A stretch of DNA of 64,000 bases from Podarcis cretensis (Eukaryota), in assembly GCA_951804945.1 (NCBI GenBank), contig OX638153.1, positions 17,732,001-17,796,000 on the forward strand. Reading direction: 5' to 3'. How positions within the stretch are numbered: position 1 is the stretch's first letter; every line of letters starts with the position of its first letter. Made by a program: the position numbers and the translations under genes. The notes under the pieces were generated by a model. It was given only the letters and a program-made list of their open reading frames with translations. It did no database searches and had not been told where the DNA came from. This document shows, piece after piece, positions 54,351 through 64,000 of this stretch.

Positions 54351-54559
54351 AAAAAAATTCCTTCCAGTAGCACCTTAAAGACCAACTAAGTTAGTTCTTG
54401 GTATGAGCTTTCGTGTGCATGCACACTTCTTCAGATAGAAGTGTGCATGCACACGAAAGCTCATACCAAGAACTAACTTAGTTGGTCTTTAAGGTGCTAC
54501 TGGAAGGAATTTTTTTTGTTTTGACTATGGCAGACCAACACGGCTACCTATCTGTAACA
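54351..54559. mobile_element. Penelope-like element terminal (pLTR) fragment with inversion
   Basis: Perfect inverted repeat 54347-54430 / 54437-54520; 11-bp direct repeat GGAATTTAACA at 54340-54350 and 54560-54570; hammerhead core present. Confidence 0.8.
54402..54437 (-). ncRNA. Minimal type I hammerhead ribozyme motif
   Basis: UAU-CUGAAGA-A-GUGUGCAUGCACAC-GAAA-GC-UC^AUA: CUGANGA, stem II, GAAA, palindromic AGCU stem III and UH site. Confidence 0.7.
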
Positions 54560-55559
54560 GGAATTTAACAGTAATAATTGTGTGTTGTAGTTTTTTTTAA
54601 AGTTATCCTCCCCTTTCAAAAGCCCAGAGAAACAAAATAAGTTTTACCTGCTGCTGGAAAAGGAGAAACACATGTGCTTCGGGGGGGGGGGGGATCCTAG
54701 CAATAGCCTACCTGCCTCACCTCTGACAATGGGGGCATCCAAAGCTGGGCTTTTGATGACACTCTCAGCACACAGACAGGTTCAAATGAGAGAAGGTACC
54801 ACTTTAGATATCTCAGTAACCTTTGCAACTTTGGACTAATTGCTTGGGGTTATTTGGAACGAGGAAGGGAATATATTTTCTACATCTTCTAAAAAAACAC
54901 ATGGCTTTTTAACTCAGTTAACTCAGTAGTGAAGTATTCTGGTACATTGTGATCAACTGGTGACAGTTTTTTAGTTATTTATTTGTAGTTCAAAATCAGC
55001 TTGTTCTACTAGTACATTAGGAAAAAATGGAGCTGCTAAAATAATACCCTTTAGGCTTTCAAGTTATACAGTGTACTTCCTCAGGTTTGATTTGGGGGGG
55101 TGGGGAGAAAGTGTGAACCCAAGAATGGTTTAATCTTTGCCCATATATTTTTTACACTCTTAAGAGGACTAAAGAAGTACTTTTATGCAGGGCTATCCTA
55201 TGTGTTAGGGGTCTCCTGATAAAGATGGAAGTTCACTATATTCAGGAAATGATCAGTGGTAGTGAACTCAGCGAAAAAACCACGGGATGCTTCATACTTA
55301 CAAAATGGACTTAAACTCAGTGAAGCTTACTACTTCCAAAGAAGCATGCAGTAGCATATGCACAAATACTTCTACCACCTTCTCTGAAAACAAAACCCAG
55401 AGATATAAGGGAAACCTATATTCCAGCGCAAGGCCGTTGTGTTCAAAACGTTTTTCTTCATCATCCAGCCTCCCAATCCCATCGATTTTCTGGGAAAATG
55501 TGAATGCTTGCACCTGCCTTACTACCATTAACCAGCACTTGGTGCTGTGGTGAAGTTTA

Positions 55560-55742
<183 letters not shown>

Positions 55743-56546
55743 CTAGGAGACAAAAAGGAGAAGAAAGGAATTAAGAGGTTGTTCTCCACTTCCTTCCCAC
55801 CCCCCACCCTTCAGCCTCCGTTGCAACAGTGATAATGAAAGGATGTATGGAGGGGGATATTTTTAAGTCCGTAGTTCTATGCCAAGGGGACAAGGTGTGA
55901 GGCAATCTGTTGTTTACTTGTCACCAGTGAGAAACAATTAGTCAAGGAGCTGTCTAATTTAAATATTTAATCTTGAAACCAGCTAATAAATGTGTGCATG
56001 GGAATGTGTCCGATCCCAGTGATTGTATTCCCCCCCCCCAAAAAAAAACCCTCACAAAAACCCCAACCTGAACTGGGAACAGTGACTGACTCTTATTTTA
56101 ATTGAACATGTAAGCTTGGGGCCCAGAGAACAGCTATTCCACAAATTAAGAGCAATGTAGTCTGAACTACTGGATGATTAAGAAGGTGTGACTTTTCCTA
56201 ACTTGCTCCAGTCTTGCAAATTACTGTGTCATATGGCTCAGTTTATTTAACTATGTTGTCAATTTTCACCAAGATAGTTTGGATTTCACTGGGGAGATTA
56301 ACACTTAGTAGGTAAGAATCCCCCCTTTCTTTAGCCCTGAAAAAAATGGAAATTAGAGAAGGGGAGGATGTGTTTGTCTATAACTGAAGTTGCCACCTAT
56401 CAAAATTGTCTTTTGTCTCCAAGCCAAGCATTTGTTTTGATTAGGGGACTCAACTGGCATTCAGTATGGCAGATAAAGAAACTGGTTCATATATATGATG
56501 AATCAAACTTCCAGCTTCGGTATCATCTGTATAAGTAACAGCAGTA

Positions 56547-57260
56547 TGTGACCCCTACATACCATGGGGGTAGTCAAAACTGGTATTTCACAAGGATCCA
56601 ATTTGTGCAAAGGGGCAGCAGGGTTGCGCATGTGCTTCCCATCTCACATAGGATGTAACCTTTGTTTAAGTAAGTACTTGGCATTTGTGTATTCCCATTT
56701 GCGGGATTATCCCTTCTACAAATTAGGTGTCATTGCCTCAAGCTCAGAGGAGGAGTCAGCCAAGTCCAGAGCTGCTATGCTACCAACTGGGGAATTTGAT
56801 CAAGCTCTTGATGTTGGGGTTTCAGAGCCAACAGTGCTTGACTTGTCAGAGCAATCAAGCACTTCCCATGCTACCCCATCTGTCCAACTGGTTGTGGAAG
56901 AGACCTAGCAGGCCTAAGTTCACCTCTGGCCTTTGTTGAACCAAATATGGAGTGACTTGTGGTGCTCCAGCCACTGGCCTGCCTTGTCCCTGTGGGTACC
57001 TGATTAAGATGGGTCAGAACACTAAGTTGAGGGAGAATCAAGTGCATGCCCATTGGTGTTAGACATACTTAATCTGTTTGATGTTATTCTATATGTACAT
57101 GGCTTCATTTTCTACACTGGGAGTTCAATGTTTGAACTGATGGAGAAACCCTGTGTCTAAGATTATGCTGTGCTTGTTTATATTTACAGCCTGCCTGGGT
57201 AAAGAAATCTTGAAGAAGATGGAGATGCCTAACTCTCAAGGAGGTCAGGTTTGAACCACA
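56547..57260 (+). mobile_element. Possible solo LTR
   Basis: Starts TGTGACCC, ends ACCACA, ~0.7 kb; no TSD seen. Confidence 0.25.
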
Positions 57261-57593
57261 TCAGATACAGATGGGGAGCTCTTATGGAAGAATATAAAGC
57301 CATGTATAAAGCACATAAAGAATTGACAGGTCAGTGAGTCCTTTCTCCTCAACATTTGTTTTCTGTTTTTTATATAAAGGGCCATTCAGTCACATGGAGC
57401 TACTGGCATGGTTACAGCCCAGTTCAAGTTTATCACCACTGCCAACCCTAGTTCCAGTTTAAATTTCTTGGACCACAGGGAGGACTAGTCTGGTTAGAGG
57501 GATGACTCCTTCCCCTTGAAGAGAAGGCCAAAGGATGGAGAGGAATCTGCCTGATGCCTCCAGTAGGAGGCATCCATTCTAGGAAGAAAATAA

Positions 57594-57719
57594 TAGCTCA
57601 GTCAGTAGAGGACAAGACTCTTAATCTGAGGTTTGAGCCCCACATTGGGCAAAAGATTCCAGCACTGCGGGGGTTAGAATACATGACCATCGTGGTCCCT
57701 TCCAACTCTACGATTCTAT
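57594..57719 (+). mobile_element. Short SINE: tRNA-Lys(CTT)-derived head plus CR1-derived 3' tail
   Basis: TAGCTCAGTCAGTAGAG..AGACTCTTAATCT..TTTGAGCCCCACATTGGGC resembles tRNA-Lys with an internal deletion; ends GGTCCCTTCCAACTCTACGATTCTAT. Confidence 0.8.
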
Positions 57720-58142
57720 AAAAATCTCCCACTTGGATATGGCAAATTGTAACAGCAGCAATATAGCAAACAGCAATAGAAAAAGAGGAATTTACCCAAG
57801 CCGGAGCAGATGGGACAACTAGAAACCTCCCACAGAACCATGTTTAATAAGGTGACTACAAGGAAGGTAAAACAGGGCTGGAGTGTGTGTGTGCCTACCT
57901 TGTGGAGGACATTGCCTAATGATGGTGCCACATCTAAAAAGGTCCCTGGGCTACTCCACTATTCCTTTGCTATGTCTTGGGTTGCACTCGGAAGCCAGCA
58001 GCCAAGGTACATAAGTGAAGAGCTCTTCTTTGCTGCCATTAGCAGTTGGAAGGGGGTTGTTTGGGTATTTTGCCCAACATTTCCTGTGATGCAGAATAGG
58101 GCTGGATGATGTTGAGTTTTCAGCATTGTGGTGTGTCACCAG

Positions 58143-59910
58143 TAGGCCTGGGCAATATATCGCCCAGGACTGGTATGAGGAGCAGACCACAATGTCGGTA
58201 TCTCTCAGTGGTATATCGCTGGTGAAACCACCACAGCTCCTGACTGAGTCCCTCTGCTAGCAGTGTCCGCTGGAGGGAGTCAAGAGTTCCCTCCTCCAGC
58301 GGGCTCTCCTGGCAGAGGGACTCAGGAGTGGTGGCGGTTTCACCAGCGATATACCACTGAGAGATACCGACATCCCACTCTGCCCTCATATGACGCAGAG
58401 GGAGAAACAAGCTGTATTGGTGAGGTGCTGATACGGCTTGTTCTTCCCTCTGCATCTTTAAACTGCTTGACTGAGGAGTGAGCTGCCTTGACTCAGCCGA
58501 GCAGTTAAAGGAGCCCTGATGCTCCTGGGAGAGCACCAGGCCTGTCTCACCTAGGGAGGGGGAACCTTCCTTTTTTTAAAATACAATTTTATTAAATTTC
58601 TGTTTTGACTTCTCTTCCTCTCTTTCCATGGCTCATTTTGTACAATATAAATCCCTGCATATCTTTATTACATCCATCAAAACTTATTTACACTGTTGAA
58701 TTTATCTTAATGCTGCCCACGTTTTCAAACACAATTTTCCTCCATATATGCAATAAAGGTTTTCCAATCTCCTTTAATATATGTTGTTCTTTTTCTCTTA
58801 TTCTATATGTTAGAACCTTCCTCTTCCTCAGCTAACCTGTGTTGTCCCAGCCCGTGAGCGCCTGGGGGAAAGCGCTTCAGCTCCCGCAGTGAGAGCTGCA
58901 GCAATTTCACCTGGTGCCTTGTGGGCCAACGCAACTTGCTTTTTCAACATTGCGATATATTGCCAAACCGTGATGTTTGGCAATACATTGCAATGGCGAT
59001 ACGCTTTCAAGCTGCATTGGCCTCAGCTGGCAAGGCACGGGGTGAAACTGCCTCAGCTCTCACTGCGGGAGCTGAGGCGCTTTGTGGGCTGGGGCCAATG
59101 CAGCTGCCCCCAGCCTGCTGCTGAGTTGGGGGGGGGGGCAGAAAGGCTCCTACCCCCCCGCCGAGCCAGCCCTGAGGTCCCTGCCACTTGTGTGTTAGTG
59201 GCAGGGGCTCCTTGGAATGGGGAACTGCCCGCTCGCCTTCCACTCCCCAAATATGGACCAGGCGACAGTAGTGTTTAACTGCCTTCACCCATACAAGCAT
59301 GCTGCCTCTTTCCTCCTGGGGTGGTTGTTCACCCCAGGGGGAAAGACGAAGTCCATCCTCCTGGGTGAAGTCTGCAAGGCAGGATGGTGGGCTCCGTTTT
59401 TCTGGGAGGAAAGATGCAGCCCACCCTCCCGGACAAAGCCAGCCATGCCGTAGCCAAGTTAGGCTGCTTCTGCACAAGCTGAAGGCGTAAACGTCTCCAT
59501 TGAGGGGCATGCAGCTGCGCCCCCCTCAGTGGAAAAGTGTGACAGAGCCTGCACCTCCCCAACTAAACAACCACAATGGGGAGAGGACGTTAATGGAGAC
59601 CCCACTGCGCTGCTGGCTCATGTGAGCCAGTGGCTAGTCAGGCGCTCTGTAAAAAACAGCTTGGCTGAGGCGAGGGCCCACTGTGGCGGTAGTTTCACTC
59701 AACGGTATATCGCTGGGGAAATCACCACCATTCCTGACTTCCTTTGCCTCTCCCTCAGCTGGACACTGGAGGCAGAGGGACACAGTGGCGGTTTCATGAG
59801 CAATATATCGCTGAGTGAAACTGCCATCGCACTCTGCCCTTTCATACCAGTCCTGGCCAATATTATCAATATATCACCCAGGACTGGTATGAGGGGCAGA
59901 GTGCAATGCA
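58143..59910. mobile_element. Composite GC-rich foldback/non-autonomous DNA-transposon-like region with several internal palindromes
   Basis: Inverted repeats at 58192-58373, ~58870-59083, ~59690-59826 and ~59828-59905; shared module ATATATCRCCCAGGACTGGTATGAGG at 58155 and ~59869. Confidence 0.6.
58570..58830 (-). mobile_element. L1/Tx1-like LINE 3' end inserted in the composite element
   Basis: Abrupt AT-rich block; minus strand has a DWKTFIAY-like ORF2 end, AATAAA and an A-rich tail. Confidence 0.5.
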
Positions 59911-60099
59911 GATCTAATTCAGAAGAGGGTTTGCTGGGAGTGGGGGAGGAGGAATGGTGATTATGTCAGGGGACAGCTGGAAAATATCTGGGAGACGGGT
60001 TAAGTCTTCCAGCTGCCAATTCTCAGATCACTGCAGCGAACAACCCCCAGATTCAACAGCTCTGAGTGGGATACTCAAAGAAAGGTAACACTGCCTTTA

Positions 60100-60471
<372 letters not shown>

Positions 60472-63400
60472 TTAAAGTTCTTGGCTTGTCTCTTCAAATA
60501 ATTTCTCATCGGAAGTGAAAAGACAGCAGCCCCCAATTACTCTATTTTATTCTGTCCCATTAGGCTTCTGCTCGACCCCCCCCCCTTTTATTTTATTTTT
60601 TAAAAATCCAACTCAGGACTGATTTTTATTAAAGAACAAAAATGTAAATCATTTATGTTTCCTATAATTGGTGTTAGTGGTGAAGCAATGACTGCCTTCC
60701 TTCTCATTTCCTTCATGTCTAATAACAGCCTTTAGGACATGTAATTGTAAAAATCCAGACCACATTTAAAGCTTACACAGGCTAGATTGCCTTTTTATAC
60801 TTGTCACCAATCCATTGGGGAGCCGCCTCTGTGCTTCGGGTGTCATTACTTATTACTGTTGCTGGACTCGAGCTGTCTTCCCGCTGTATTGTACTAAACA
60901 TCTTATTACGAGACTTGACAGTGTTCAGACACAAGCATGTATCAATTAAACATTTTGAGTTCATTCCAGATAAATGTATGATGAGTTTAGGGTCCTGCTG
61001 GTCCTTTTAAAAAACTCTAGGGTATGGGGTAAGTGTAGTTTATTAGGGAAGATTTTCTCCACAGTGACATTTTGCCAGCATCAGTAGCTGCTCTGGTCTC
61101 TCAGGCAAAACAATGGGCATTTTAAATATTAATTAGACGCCAGCGGAAGGAAGTTCATTTAAAAGTGCACATGTCGGGTTGCAAGAGGCTTCCTTAAGTA
61201 GCTGCAATCTATGGCTGGTGGAGGACAGTATTTTATTTTATTTTTAAAGAGGATTATCTCTAATCCTAACAAGGACTGCTGTATTGGTCACATATGTGGC
61301 AATTGCTTCAAATTTTGCTTCAGGAAAAATTGGATGGCAACCCAGGAAAAACTTCCACAGCACAATCCTATACATGTCTGCTTACTACTGTAAGCAAATC
61401 AATGGTGCCTTAGCATGCCTCAAATTATTCATATGGGAAGAATCCTCCAATTGTGCTTAGCAGGCACATTTTTGTTAACAGCTCTACTCCACTGGCTTGG
61501 ATAATACCATCCTTTTAGATTCAAATAACATCTTTAGAGATATAAACATTTCTGAATCCTCCCAGTTACAAAAACTGCAATCAGGGCATTGAAACATTTT
61601 TGAGGTGTTACCATCTGAGAAAGATCTTTGAAACAGGACCTTATCTAGAAAGAAGCCTGTCTGCTGTCAGCTGCTTAGAGCATTCTTCAGTGAAATAATA
61701 ATTATTTTTGTGATATATAGTTTTGGGTTTTTTTAAGCCTTGCTGAAATGTTCATTTTGCAATTGTGATATTTTATCTACTTGATTGTGAACGCATGATT
61801 ATCAATATATTTTTGTTGCAGTCCTATGGCTTTTGTTTCAGCACTTTCTGTGGTTGCTAGGGAAACCAGATTCAACAGAGGGCGGGGCGCTTGCACCTCT
61901 GAATGGCCATGTAGAATAGGGAAGTTACAGAAGCCCCGTTCCTCTTGGCCTCTGGTCGCACTATGAACAGCAAGGCTGCTGCTTTCGGATAAGAAGATGG
62001 TTGCTGGTTTGAGTTTCAACAGGAAGGGATTAGAGTTAGCATCACAGAGACCTCACACTGTTCTGAAAAGATGCTCTTTCCAGAACCAGGTTGAGTATTT
62101 TAATATCCAGAGAGCTATGCCTGCTACTTATTCTACTGTGGCTTGGACTCCTGCATATTTAACAGTTGGTAGAAGTAGGAAAAGTTGCATCTGTTGAAAT
62201 TCCTGGAATTGCATGGACTGAATTTCAATGGATATGTTTGGTAATCCTGTTTTTTCTTTGAGGGTGTAGCAGCTAATCTTTAGCTCTTAGATTACTACAA
62301 CTACTACTAAAATAACGGAGGAAAATCTTGTGGCAGCTTCAAACATTCTAAATAACATTTTACTATGTAGTAAGGTCTTTGGACATGAAACATAAGGAAA
62401 AATTAACTAGAAAACTATTTTCTGATCGATCCATGAAAGAGGTGATGCAATCTGAATCTGCTACTCGCAGTAGGAAAAAGATCTGAATGCATTTAGAAAG
62501 GTGATTAAGTTTAGCAGAATTCTTTTAGGCCAAATTCCTGCTGTTGGCTGTGTAGCAATCAAGGGTAAAGACCTTTTAATTTGCAACCACAGTTACTAAC
62601 TAGATAATCATGTGAGTCTATCTGCAATTGTTCCAGCATGAGGGACAAAGGTAAGCACAACCCTGACTTACTATAACCTGGGCAAAAGATAGGTCTCTAT
62701 ATTTGAGCTTGCAGTGCCACCTAGCCCTTTTTTCTGCATTCCATCAAAACTGTTTTGAAAGAGCACAACTATTTGGGGCCTGCTTTGTAAAATCCCCCCT
62801 CCCTTTGAAAAGTAAAATAATCACAAGATCTTATGGTTCACCATTAATGCTGTCATGCGTCTTAAACTAATTGGTCTCTTACAGAAAAATTTAACTGAAA
62901 ATTAACAGAGCTCTTTAATACATTCTAATAGCATTTTGCCTTTCATTTATAATTATTCTAAAACTATCATTTTCTGTGTCAAGGCTGCCACATTTAAAAT
63001 ATTTGCTAGTTTGCATAGAGTAGCTTAAAGAGAAACTCCAGTGCTGGAGTATTTGTTTTTTGTCAGTATTACAGAAATGCATATTTATTTGTATAGTTTA
63101 TTTAAAATATAATGGATCTCCAAATGCTGACAGTCTTGAATTGAAGTCATTATCTTAAAGCTAGTGATGTTACAGGGAGTGAACCCTAAACAGAGCAGAA
63201 ATAATCTAATGTATTTATCTGATAAATCTACCACACAGATTTGTACGGAATGGCATGATTTAATCATAAGATAAACCAAGAGAGTAGTTTATCACCTGAT
63301 AATATTTCTGAACAGCAGGAATGTATAAGACTTGTGTTATATTTTATTTAACAAAAATTGCATACCACTTGATTGTAAGGAAACCTCTAAGCGCTTTACA

Positions 63401-63493
63401 AAAATAATCATTGTGGCTCTCAACCAACGTTAAAAAAAGAAAATTTTATTAGACGGATTGCCTTGTTTTTGACTAATTGACTAAAGTAAAACA

Positions 63494-63637
63494 CTGTATT
63501 TACACAAATCTAATGCGCACCTCAATTTTCAAAACCTTGAAACCAAAGAAGTATTTGCTGCTGAATGTAAATGTGCCATCAAATCTAATGCGCACCCTAA
63601 TTTTCGCTGCGTAATTTGGTCAAAAAAGGTGCTCGTT
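63494..63637. mobile_element. Second copy of MITE family 2
   Basis: Colinear similarity with 41255-41431 (aaatctaatgc..cctcaattttca.aaccttgaaac...gtatttgctg.tgaatgt). Confidence 0.75.
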
Positions 63638-64000
63638 GCACAGTAAAGCCACATACTGCAAAATCTAAACATCCACTACTTCAAGGACTGTGAATGAAAG
63701 GATAGCTTCACTCTTAAATATGATAACTTACCTCATTAGGGAACTGCTTACTTCCTCAGCTGTGTTTCTTGTGAGCCCCGTACTTGGCCATATCCCTGCA
63801 CAACTCCTTGGCTGGATGGCTGGCTTCTACATATTGTCTTTCTCTTGAGACCCCCCCCCCCCAATTATCCACTGCCTCCTTCCTCAGTTACCTGCTTCTT
63901 ACCTGCATTCATTTTAGGTGACTTTATCTGTAGCCATATGGGAACATCCTTGCATTTTGGACAGGATTCTTTAAAGGGGTGGGGGAGGTCCAAAATAGCG

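Noticed and set aside
57594-57650. Functional tRNA-Lys gene
   Set aside because: Deletion in the variable/T arm, no intact acceptor stem, and fused to a CR1 tail.
59007-59510. 167-aa ORF and neighbouring 129-143-aa ORFs
   Set aside because: They lie in GC-rich palindromic repeat sequence, overlap on both strands and have no recognisable domain.
62711-62728. CTCF-like motif GCAGTGCCACCTAGCCC
   Set aside because: Only a partial consensus match; not supportable without a PWM scan or ChIP data.

Overview
Vertebrate genomic DNA, most likely from a squamate (probably lacertid) lizard, inferred from Sauria SINEs and squamate-type CR1/L2/RTE/Penelope relics. The only protein-coding gene I can support is the 3' end of KCNMA1 (BK/Slo1 channel alpha subunit) on the minus strand. 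It has two constitutive RCK2 exons (60187-60381, 55624-55742) and the exon with the alternative donor and QEDRL ending (52878-53127). It also has a 29-nt cassette microexon (50236-50264) and a dual-frame terminal exon with a NAGNAG acceptor (40597-40751) giving VYR or DEC tails. Upstream exons, including the Ca2+ bowl, lie beyond the window end. Bases ~1-38000 are intergenic, with many decayed transposons and a few TE-free, motif-rich blocks that may be conserved enhancers. Most ORF-track entries are spurious. The most notable observations are: (1) clustered amino-acid changes in a normally near-invariant RCK2 segment; (2) a young, perfect 84-bp Penelope-type hairpin carrying a minimal hammerhead ribozyme core on the KCNMA1 sense strand; (3) a composite multi-hairpin element at 58.1-59.9 kb; (4) RBFOX, NOVA and miR-9 motifs around the alternative C-terminal exons. 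Homology statements are from memory; no database search was run.
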